NCBI GenBank assembly: GCA_043754515.1
Contig: JAYUUO010000137.1
Location: forward strand, 1 to 12,302
Direction: 5' to 3'
DNA length: 12,302 nucleotides
Source of the DNA: Armatimonadota bacterium
Lineage (GTDB): Bacteria; Armatimonadota; Armatimonadia; Armatimonadales; Armatimonadaceae
Position numbers and translations under genes: made by a program. Position 1 is the first letter of the stretch; every line of letters starts with the position of its first letter. Below the pieces are notes generated by a model, which did no database searches, was not told the origin of the DNA, and was given only the letters and a program-made list of their open reading frames with translations. Shown piece after piece: positions 1-7,073 of this stretch.

Positions 1-98
1 CCGAAATACATGACATTTAGAGCCACCGTTATTTGATGGGGCTTCCTCTGAAAAACACCGGCGACGGGTAAATCCTAAATGTCATGTATTTTGGTACA
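1..98. repeat. Inverted repeat pair (1-20 / 75-94), possible ~100-bp MITE-like element cut by the window edge
   Basis: CCGAAATACATGACATTTAG (1-20) versus the reverse complement of 75-94 (CCAAAATACATGACATTTAG): 19/20 match, with a 54-nt spacer. The right arm continues TACA (95-98), which reads TGTA... on the other strand. Confidence 0.75.
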
Positions 99-177
99 CG
101 CACTTACGTACAAATACCTGTTTTCGCAAGTCCGCGGTAACCCGATACTGTATTGAGGTAAGTGTCCTTTCTAAAAT

Positions 178-584
178 ATGTTTAAGTGGGGGACGGCAGA
201 AATCGAAGGGGTTGACCTTCTTGGCGGCGAGCGCACCATGCTCGAAGAAGAGCGGCGTGATGCTAGGAGTAGGACAGACACTTACCGCTACCGTTGTCAG
301 ATAATACTGTTCAAAGCCGGACACAGCACCTACAAAGAAGTCGCCGAGGCCGCCGAGTGGTGTGAAGTCGTGGTCAATTCGGTGGAACTCCGTTTCACCT
401 GTATTGGCTCAAGCGATACAAGGAGCAAGGCATCACAGGGCTGGCTCTGCGCGAAGGGCGCGAGAGGTGCGCCATTCTACAGATGGAGAGTGACCTCGCC
501 GCCGTTCGTCAGGCCGTACAAAAGAACCGGCGGAAGACAAGCGTAGCCAAGCAAGAACTGGAGCAACAGCTAGACGAGCGGTTC
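178..584 (+). pseudogene. Degraded IS630-family-like transposase N-terminal HTH region; frameshifted, no DDE domain
   Basis: Frame of ORF 178: ...ERTMLEEERRDARSRTDTYRYRCQIILFKAGHSTYKEVAEAAEWCEVVVN. It continues in another frame from 402: YWLKRYKEQGITGLALREGRERCAILQMESDLAAVRQAVQKNRRKTSVAKQELEQQLDERF. The pattern R-x-x-I-I-L...x-EVA...V-x-x-W-x-x-RY-x-x-x-G-x-x-GL...GR is typical of IS630/HTH_29 ORF-A proteins. Confidence 0.75.
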
Positions 585-641
585 GTCGAACTAGCAACCA
601 GGTCAGTGGGAGGGAGGCATTGTCCTCTATCACGTCACCCA

Positions 642-2480
642 TCATGGCGCGTCCGGGGCGGCGAACCCTTTGAACCGCGCGTCGCTCGTCTGGAGATAGA
701 CCGAGCGCCGGAATGGGGGGAGCCAGCAGTCGTAGGGTACGGGCCTGGTCGCCGTGTCCGAGAGATCCGGGAATTGACTCGCGAAGATGAAAAACACGCC
801 CTTGACGCGCGGTGAGTATTGCCCCAAGGGAGTGTGGTGGAAGTTGGCGTTCGCTACCGGGGGATGGTACGCGCCGACCGGGTATAGGAGGCGCGGATCG
901 TTGTAATACCCGCCCGCCTCGATCTGTGTCCAGCCGTTGTATTCGAAGCCGCCGGAAACGAGGTTGCGCGGGATGCCGACATGTGTCAGTCGGCCCGCGA
1001 GTTCCACGACCGCCCGACGTTGCGCGAAGCAATCGTGGGTGCGCCCGATGCTGTAATAGGCGAACACGGCCAAGATTAATGCCGACGCTACACAGGCGGG
1101 CCGTGACGGTTCGGGGGTCTGATCTCGCCGACAGAGAAGCCACAGGATCAGGCCTGGAACCAGCGTCAGGAGGTATCGGTCCAGCACCCCGAACGAGTAC
1201 GGGACGAACAGTTTGATGACCAGGAGCGGGACATATACCAGCGCGAACAGTTTGAACAGGCGTGCAGCGAAGGGGGCGGATGCGTCCGGGGGTGGCTTTT
1301 CGGCCCGGATGCGCGAGTAGACTCGGTCGAGCAGTGCCGCCGTCCCCAGAAGCGTCGTCAGACCGATGACGAGGCAGGAAAGCACCACCCGCGCCGGTTT
1401 CGCCAGGAGCACGGGGAAATGCTTGATGTCGCCCGGAATCAGGTACCACCACAGTTCGGTTTCGGTGACCGTGTTCTGTATCCACGGGAAGATGCGGCGC
1501 GGCGGCAGGTACTGAAACAGCCACTGGGAAGCAAGCAAAAGGCCGACGGTGAGCGCAAACCCGAGGAGGGGGACGTTGAGCCGCTTGCGGGGCAGAAAGA
1601 CGGTGCCGACCAGGGGGAACAGGGGCATCGCGAGTAGCACCAGTGTATAAGCGACCGCGGCGGGCAGTATCTTCCAGCCGTCGAACCGCTCGCGCCCGGT
1701 GCGCAAAAACTCGGACACCGCGACGCCGGTCTGCTCGTGTACCGCGTAGGGCTGGTGCGAGAACCACTCATTGGCCAGCACCGCGAACCCGACCGACGCC
1801 GCGAGCGCGAGCAGGTGCGTGATTAACACGCGGTTTTTGCGGGGGGAAGACGCGTCGGAACCCCACGCGTCGCGGGCCAGAAGAACCGCCGCCAGCACCG
1901 GGATAATCCAGCCGGTCTGCCGCACCGTGCCGCTCGCCACGCCCGCGACGACTGCCACCGCGAGCCATTTGTCGAAGCCGTTCGGGTTGGTCACGCTTTG
2001 CAGGACGTGTTCCTGCTCCTCCGCGGCGCGGGTGTAGGCATAAACGCACAGGATTACTAGAAATAGGCCCGGCACTTCTGTCATGAATGTGACCGCGAAG
2101 GGAACGAACATGGGAGACAGACCGAGCGTCAGCGCGCCGAAGAGCGCGGGCGACGGTTGCACCCCGGAGCGGCGGCAGAGCGCGTAGAACAGGGCGACCG
2201 TTCCGAGCGCGAGCGGGATGACGGAGAGTCGCACTGCCGTGAACGATCCTGTGCCGAAGATCAGGGCGAACAACGCGCCCCAAATCGCCTGTGCGCCGAT
2301 CATCGCCGCCGCCCAGCCGTTATAAACGAAGTGCCCCGTTCGCGCGAGGTCCTGGGCGGTCTTGATGTACGACCAGTCATCGTTGACGCCCATCTCGACG
2401 AAGGGGTCACAGAGCAGGCAGGTAAACAATATGAGACAGCAGAGCAGAAGGGCGTTTCGGCTGTCGGGAGAGGTTTTCAT
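642..2480 (-). CDS. Multi-pass membrane glycosyltransferase, GT-C fold (ArnT/PMT_2, GT39/GT83-like), 612 aa
   Basis: N-terminal TM helix followed by a loop with an acidic pair (EMGVNDDWSYIKTAQDLARTG); 'SFTAVRLS', 'FMTEVPGL', 'VRQTG' and 'DRYLL' motifs; about 12 or more hydrophobic segments and a soluble C-terminal domain. Confidence 0.8.
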   Translation of the reverse strand: MKTSPDSRNALLLCCLILFTCLLCDPFVEMGVNDDWSYIKTAQDLARTGHFVYNGWAAAMIGAQAIWGALFALIFGTGSFTAVRLSVIPLALGTVALFYALCRRSGVQPSPALFGALTLGLSPMFVPFAVTFMTEVPGLFLVILCVYAYTRAAEEQEHVLQSVTNPNGFDKWLAVAVVAGVASGTVRQTGWIIPVLAAVLLARDAWGSDASSPRKNRVLITHLLALAASVGFAVLANEWFSHQPYAVHEQTGVAVSEFLRTGRERFDGWKILPAAVAYTLVLLAMPLFPLVGTVFLPRKRLNVPLLGFALTVGLLLASQWLFQYLPPRRIFPWIQNTVTETELWWYLIPGDIKHFPVLLAKPARVVLSCLVIGLTTLLGTAALLDRVYSRIRAEKPPPDASAPFAARLFKLFALVYVPLLVIKLFVPYSFGVLDRYLLTLVPGLILWLLCRRDQTPEPSRPACVASALILAVFAYYSIGRTHDCFAQRRAVVELAGRLTHVGIPRNLVSGGFEYNGWTQIEAGGYYNDPRLLYPVGAYHPPVANANFHHTPLGQYSPRVKGVFFIFASQFPDLSDTATRPVPYDCWLPPFRRSVYLQTSDARFKGFAAPDAP

Positions 2481-2522
2481 CGGTTACTCGGCACCGGCAT
2501 GTCAGGTCACGCCGGGTACCCG

Positions 2523-2551
2523 ATTGTACTGCTCCGTGCGGCATTCATCAA
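2523..2551 (-). promoter_or_regulatory. Sigma70-type promoter for the glycosyltransferase gene
   Basis: Minus strand TTGATG (2551-2546), 17-nt spacer, TACAAT (2528-2523); about 40 nt upstream of the ATG at 2480. Confidence 0.7.
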
Positions 2552-2592
2552 CCGGCACCGCAGGTGTCGGGGCGTCAGGAAGAGTTGGCCGT

Positions 2593-2634
2593 ACGGATAG
2601 GGCCGCATGAAGTTGATCATGCGGCCCTATTCGT
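2593..2634. repeat. Strong intergenic palindrome (REP-like hairpin)
   Basis: ATAGGGCCGCATGA (2597-2610), loop AGTTGA, TCATGCGGCCCTAT (2617-2630): a perfect 14-bp stem, extendable to 18 bp with one G-T pair. It lies between divergent genes. Confidence 0.8.
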
Positions 2635-2737
2635 CGAATGAGGAGCACCGGTAGCGCGCCCGCCGAAAAAACGATACACAGAAAGGCGAAATCAATCGCC
2701 GCGACTTTATCCGCTCTTTCAGGGGATTCTCCTTACA

Positions 2738-3511
2738 ATGTTCGTCGAGGAACGGCAACAACGCATCATCGAACGGCTCCGCGAGAGCGGCAAGGTAACA
2801 GTCGAGGGACTGGCCGAGTCATTCGGCGTTTCCGCGCCGACCGTGCGCGCCGACCTCGCCGCGCTGGAGATGCGCCGACTCCTGCGCCGGACACACGGCG
2901 GCGCGTTGCCGCTGGAAACGTCGCTCTACGAACCGCCGTTCGATGAGCGCGAGGCGGAGCATCACGATGAGAAGCGGCGCATCGGTCGCGCCGCCGCTTC
3001 TCGTATTCGCCCCGGAGAAACGGTGATTCTCGACGCGGGGACAACTACACACGAGATAGCCCACGCCCTCGCCGAATCAGGCGCGGGGGATGTCACGGTG
3101 ATCACGAACAACCTACCCGCCGCCGTGCTCCTGATGGACTCCGCGCCGCGCGTCACGGTGATCGTGATCGGGGGGCAAATACAGCCGCGCCGCCGCGCTA
3201 ACCTCGGCCCGCTCGCGGTACAGTTCTTGCAACCACTACGAGCGGACAAACTTTTCCTCGGCGTGTCGGGCGTGGACATACGCGCGGGCCTGACCGCGGT
3301 GGATTTCGACGCCGTTCAGGTAAAGCGTGCGATGATCGAGCACGCGGGTGAAGTGATCGTGGTCGCCGATTCGGGGAAGATCGGCCAAACGGCATTCGCC
3401 CAAATCGCCCCCGTCGCGGTCGGTTCGTTGCTCATCACCGACACCGGACTCGGAGACGAGGACGCCGCCGCGCTTCAGGAGGCAGGCGTCGGCGAAGTGG
3501 AGCGGGTGTGA
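2738..3511 (+). CDS. DeoR/GlpR-family transcriptional regulator (sugar-phosphate sensing), 257 aa
   Basis: HTH 'EERQQRIIERL...LAESFGVSAPTVRADLAALE...RRTHGGA'; DeoRC motifs 'EKRRIG', 'ILDAGTTT', 'VITNNL', 'ADKLFLG' and 'VVADSGKIG'. Confidence 0.95.
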   Translation: MFVEERQQRIIERLRESGKVTVEGLAESFGVSAPTVRADLAALEMRRLLRRTHGGALPLETSLYEPPFDEREAEHHDEKRRIGRAAASRIRPGETVILDAGTTTHEIAHALAESGAGDVTVITNNLPAAVLLMDSAPRVTVIVIGGQIQPRRRANLGPLAVQFLQPLRADKLFLGVSGVDIRAGLTAVDFDAVQVKRAMIEHAGEVIVVADSGKIGQTAFAQIAPVAVGSLLITDTGLGDEDAAALQEAGVGEVERV

Positions 3512-3552
3512 ACTCCGAAAATGCGTGTCCACGTCCTGAACCGATTAGCGAC

Positions 3553-3581
3553 TTGACGATACCTGATACGCGGTATATACT
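3553..3581 (+). promoter_or_regulatory. Sigma70-type promoter of the GntR/LacI regulator operon, with an overlapping candidate operator
   Basis: TTGACG (3553-3558), 17-nt spacer, TATACT (3576-3581). The palindrome GTATATAC (3573-3580) overlaps the -10 element. Confidence 0.8.
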
Positions 3582-3599
3582 ACGGAAACGGATTGCCCT

Positions 3600-4775
3600 A
3601 TGCCATTCAATGATCTGCCCGAATACGACGCGCCCCGCGTGGATAAGACCGCGCCCACGCCGCGCCACACCCAGGTCAAAGACATCCTGCGCGATCTCGT
3701 CACCAGTGGCAAGTACCAGCCCGGTGACAAAATCCCCGCCGAACTGCAACTCGCGGAAACGCTCGGGGTGTCCAAAATGACGGTCAATAAAGCGATTCTG
3801 TCCCTCACCGCCGACGGACTTTTGACGCGCGAGGTGGGCCGCGGTACCTATGTCGCCGCCACGCCCGTTGTCTCGCAACCTAAATCCTCGGAGATAGGCG
3901 ACCCGCCCCGGCGCATCGCGCTGTCATTCGTCGCCGGTGCCCGCGACGTACTCGGTAGTAGCTACTACGGCGGGATATATCGCGGCGTCGCCGCTCACCT
4001 GGAAGGGGCGGGCGAGACGACGGAAGTGTCGCTGTCCCCCGCCGACGTTCAAGACTACCGCGCCGACGCCGAACGCTCGTATGCAGATGGGCACCTGGTT
4101 TTCGCGCCCCGCACCGAGTCCATCTCCATTATCGAGGATTTATGGCTCTCCGGTAGTCATCCGCTCGTGGTTGTCGGCGCGTCGTGGCCGAACCTGAGCG
4201 CCCCGGCGGTTGACTCGGACAACACGGGGGGGGCGTTCGCCGCCGTTCGCTATCTGCTGGAACAGGGACACCGCCGCATCATATTGCTGCTGGCGGAGGC
4301 GGAAACCGCGAACACGCAGGACCGCGTCGCCGGATACCGCCGCGCCCTCGCCATGGGCGGTGTCGCGCACCGTCCCGAATACGAAGTCGTGGCGGATATG
4401 GCATGGAAGGCGGGGGCGCAAGCCGAGGCGACCTTGGTTCGCCTCCTGCGTGATCCCGTGGAACCGGTGACCGCGATCTTCGCGGCGGGGCATTACCTGG
4501 CGCTCGAGGCGTTCAACGCCGCGCGGATCGCGGGGCTAAGCATCCCGTCCGATGTCAGTGTGCTGGGCTATGACGACACGATGGCGGCGGATCTGATCCA
4601 CCCGCGACTCACGGTGATGCGCCAACCACTGTTCGAGATGGGACGCCGCGCGGCAGAGCGGCTGTTACGATTAATCGCCGATCCGGCCGCCGAACGGGAC
4701 GGCCCCGTGGTACGAGAATTGCTACCAGCGGAGTTAGTGGTGCGGGAGTCGGTCGCCCCGGCAAGACGCACGTAA
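3600..4775 (+). CDS. GntR-type wHTH fused to a LacI/periplasmic-binding-protein-like sugar-sensing domain (AraR-type architecture), 391 aa
   Basis: '[45 protein letters not shown]' (GntR wHTH), then LacI effector-domain motifs 'VDSDNTGG', '[10 protein letters not shown]', 'DRVAGY', 'TAIFA', '[12 protein letters not shown]' and '[17 protein letters not shown]...LVVRES'. Confidence 0.93.
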   Translation: MPFNDLPEYDAPRVDKTAPTPRHTQVKDILRDLVTSGKYQPGDKIPAELQLAETLGVSKMTVNKAILSLTADGLLTREVGRGTYVAATPVVSQPKSSEIGDPPRRIALSFVAGARDVLGSSYYGGIYRGVAAHLEGAGETTEVSLSPADVQDYRADAERSYADGHLVFAPRTESISIIEDLWLSGSHPLVVVGASWPNLSAPAVDSDNTGGAFAAVRYLLEQGHRRIILLLAEAETANTQDRVAGYRRALAMGGVAHRPEYEVVADMAWKAGAQAEATLVRLLRDPVEPVTAIFAAGHYLALEAFNAARIAGLSIPSDVSVLGYDDTMAADLIHPRLTVMRQPLFEMGRRAAERLLRLIADPAAERDGPVVRELLPAELVVRESVAPARRT

Positions 4776-4810
4776 TCAATGCAACCCGTGCAAGGGATAA
4801 GGAACTTCAA

Positions 4811-5722
4811 ATGAACAAAAACTTTAAGCGCGTGGACTATGGTTTCACGCTGATCGAACTGCTCGTCGTGATCGCCATAATAGCGATCCTGGCCGCTATC
4901 CTATTCCCTGTGTTCGGCCAGGCCCGCGCGAAGGCCCGTCAGACCACCTGTCTGTCGAACCTGAAGCAGATCGGTTTAGGGATGTTAACTTACACGTCGG
5001 ACTACGACGACACGTTACCGGTGAACAACCAGTCCTTCCAGGGCGGCGGCGCGGGATTCCAGAATGCCTATACGCAGATCACGTGGATGGGTTTGATAAA
5101 CCTGTACTCGAAAAGTGTCCCGATCTTCCTGTGCCCCGACGCACCGAAGACGGAGGAGACTTCCTGCTACGATTACCAGGTGTTGCCTGGGCTCAATGGG
5201 ACGAACCCGCTTTTCTGCCAGGGCACATTCCCCAACCAGACGCTGGGTCCGGCCAAGGGTGCCGCGCTGAAAGTGCCGATCCGCAACCTCGGTGGCAACG
5301 AGTGGGTCTTCAACCGCGCTGGTGTACTAAGCGTGCCGGGACCATCCGCCGTGGTGGTACCGCTCCCTCTCGCTCTCGCTGACATCGGCGCACCGGCAGC
5401 GTTACCGGTTATAGCAGATAGCCTGTATCTTCTTTTCGATACGCCGGACCGGATAGCCGAGGCCAGCTACCAGGGCTCGCCCCGCTGGTTCGATGGATAT
5501 AATGCGGCGGTACAACGAGCAGACCCCCGGTTTGCGCGGCACACCGGAGGATCGAGCATTCTGTACGCCGACGGTCATGCCAAATGGTCGCCGCAACGCG
5601 CCATCGGTCCCGATCCCGCACGTTCCGCTAAACCCTACCCGAATAACTACGCGCTTCCGGTGAACCCGGTGGCGACGACACGTGGGGCTACCACTTACCC
5701 CGCCGACGAGCGGATCAAATAA
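4811..5722 (+). CDS. Prepilin-type N-terminal cleavage/methylation protein with DUF1559 and C-terminal H-X9-DG motif (paralog 1), 303 aa
   Basis: [25 protein letters not shown] (E at +5), '[14 protein letters not shown]', 'FLCPD' and '[17 protein letters not shown]' (H-X9-DG). SD-like AAGGA upstream; starts 35 nt after the regulator stop. Confidence 0.93.
   Translation: MNKNFKRVDYGFTLIELLVVIAIIAILAAILFPVFGQARAKARQTTCLSNLKQIGLGMLTYTSDYDDTLPVNNQSFQGGGAGFQNAYTQITWMGLINLYSKSVPIFLCPDAPKTEETSCYDYQVLPGLNGTNPLFCQGTFPNQTLGPAKGAALKVPIRNLGGNEWVFNRAGVLSVPGPSAVVVPLPLALADIGAPAALPVIADSLYLLFDTPDRIAEASYQGSPRWFDGYNAAVQRADPRFARHTGGSSILYADGHAKWSPQRAIGPDPARSAKPYPNNYALPVNPVATTRGATTYPADERIK
4847..4890 (+). repeat. 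44-bp exact direct repeat, copy 1 (copy 2 at 6004-6047)
   Basis: ACGCTGATCGAACTGCTCGTCGTGATCGCCATAATAGCGATCCT is identical in both pilin-like genes. Confidence 0.9.
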
Positions 5723-5755
5723 CCGCCGCGATCCGTGTTCAGCACATCTGAAAGA

Positions 5756-5787
5756 GTCGCCGCCCCGCCTTGTAGCGGGGTGGCGAC
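5756..5787 (+). terminator. GC-rich stem-loop after paralog 1 (terminator-like or mRNA-stabilising)
   Basis: GTCGCCGCCCCGC, loop CTTGTA, GCGGGGTGGCGAC: a 13-bp stem with one G-U pair, 33 nt after the stop codon. The U-tract is weak (CTTC). Confidence 0.6.
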
Positions 5788-5830
5788 CTTCAAGAGTCAA
5801 ACTCACGAATATTCCACTGCCCTACACAAG

Positions 5831-5839
5831 TGGTACACT
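5831..5839 (+). promoter_or_regulatory. Possible extended -10 promoter for paralog 2
   Basis: TG-G-TACACT (5831-5839) downstream of the hairpin and about 100 nt upstream of ATG 5938; no good -35 element. Confidence 0.4.
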
Positions 5840-5937
5840 GACCTTGAATGAGCCGAGCCGGCCTGTACCCCTACGATTGAGGACCGAAACCACACCCGAG
5901 GAACACGACCGGTGCATGAGAAAAGGAGCCCGAAGAA

Positions 5938-6858
5938 ATGGACAGAAACTTCAAACAAGTAGGTCACGACTTCGCGATGGCGCGAACTGCCAGGAGCGGC
6001 TTTACGCTGATCGAACTGCTCGTCGTGATCGCCATAATAGCGATCCTCGCCGCGATTTTGTTTCCCGTCTTCGCCCAGGCCAGGGAGAAGGCGCGGCAAG
6101 CCGCGTGCCTGTCTAATATGAAGCAGATCGGGCTGGCTGTCATGCAGTACGTGCAGGATTTCGATGAGACTTACCCCGTCTGTAATCAGACGTACCGCGC
6201 TAATGATAATGCGCTCGGGCGTGCTTCATGGATGCGACACCTCCACACCTACACGAAAAGTATTGATGTTCTGAAATGCCCGAACGCGGTGTACGGTGAT
6301 GACTTTGTTACTTCCGGACCGAACTTTAACGGCGTTGTGATTCCGGGGCCGAACAATGATACGGCGCGAAATCTCACGTTTAATCGCCGGTCGCTGGGCG
6401 TCAACCGCTGGGTGTTTCTCGCGTATCCGCCGGGCACGGTGGTGCCGCCCGCCTCGCAGACAGCCGCCCCGTATGCCATCGCGGAATCTACCGTCGGGCG
6501 CAACGCCGAACTGATCATGGTCGCCGACTGCTCCATAGAACTGGTCGAGCAGCCCTGGTACATCACCTATGCTAACTGGTCGCAACCCATCTACTCAGGT
6601 GGGTCGAATAACGCCACATCTTTCATGAGCCTCGTCCTGGCGAGCCGCAAAGCCACTATCAGCAAGTACGCTCGTCACTCAGGTGGTTCGACCATTGTTT
6701 ATGGCGACGGGCACGCGAAGTGGAGCAAGAACGAGTCGTTGAACTACGACGGCACTAACATCGCGGCGAACAAGCCCGCGAAAGCCGTCGCCGATGCCAA
6801 CGTGACTATCTACGGATACCGGTCGCCGATAGCACCGGATGACAAACGGCTGAGGTAG
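5938..6858 (+). CDS. Prepilin-type N-terminal cleavage/methylation protein with DUF1559 and H-X9-DG motif (paralog 2), 306 aa
   Basis: SD AAGGAG upstream; [59 protein letters not shown], 'LKCPN' and '[17 protein letters not shown]'. Confidence 0.93.
   Translation: MDRNFKQVGHDFAMARTARSGFTLIELLVVIAIIAILAAILFPVFAQAREKARQAACLSNMKQIGLAVMQYVQDFDETYPVCNQTYRANDNALGRASWMRHLHTYTKSIDVLKCPNAVYGDDFVTSGPNFNGVVIPGPNNDTARNLTFNRRSLGVNRWVFLAYPPGTVVPPASQTAAPYAIAESTVGRNAELIMVADCSIELVEQPWYITYANWSQPIYSGGSNNATSFMSLVLASRKATISKYARHSGGSTIVYGDGHAKWSKNESLNYDGTNIAANKPAKAVADANVTIYGYRSPIAPDDKRLR
6004..6047 (+). repeat. 44-bp exact direct repeat, copy 2
   Basis: Identical to 4847-4890. Confidence 0.9.
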
Positions 6859-6944
6859 TTGGCGTGTGGGGGCTTGCTTCGCCCTTGATGATGGTTTAGG
6901 CCGCCGTACATTGCTCGACGTGAATGACTGAGATTGGATGTCGG

Positions 6945-6974
6945 GGGTTCCACTTCGTCCCTGGAGTGGAACCC
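6945..6974. repeat. Intergenic hairpin between paralog 2 and the cstA promoter (REP-like or terminator-like)
   Basis: GGGTTCCACTTC, loop GTCCCT, GGAGTGGAACCC: a 12-bp stem with one G-U pair and no U-tract. Confidence 0.65.
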
Positions 6975-6999
6975 GCACGAGGGTCTGAGAGCTCCGGCG

Positions 7000-7028
7000 T
7001 TGACACGTCCCCGACGCCCCGCTACAAT
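7000..7028 (+). promoter_or_regulatory. Near-consensus sigma70 promoter for cstA
   Basis: TTGACA (7000-7005), 17-nt spacer, TACAAT (7023-7028). Confidence 0.85.
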
Positions 7029-7073
7029 AGCGGTAGCAAATCCACCCGTCCCGCAAAGGTCCCCGCGTCGCCG

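Noticed and set aside
105..115. TACGTACAAAT, matching the right part of the Bacillus AraR box (ATTTGTACGTACAAAT)
   Set aside because: The left five positions all mismatch, it is far from the AraR-type gene, and it lies in mobile-element debris; probably chance.
433..1767. 444-aa minus-strand ORF and the many other overlapping or antisense ORFs in the track
   Set aside because: They are Arg/Pro/Ala-rich shadow frames of GC-rich genes with no family motifs, and they overlap well-supported CDSs.
2681..2720. GAAAG/CTTTC pentamers upstream of the DeoR gene as a possible operator
   Set aside because: Too short and irregularly spaced to support without comparative data; no clear promoter was found for this gene.
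4811..6858. Diversity-generating retroelement or shufflon explanation for pilin variability
   Set aside because: No reverse transcriptase, no template/variable repeat pair with adenine-specific differences, and no recombinase or inverted cassettes in the window.
6924..7073. 50-aa N-terminal extension of CstA given by the ORF track
   Set aside because: It spans a hairpin and the consensus promoter and shows no family resemblance; ATG 7074 is preferred.
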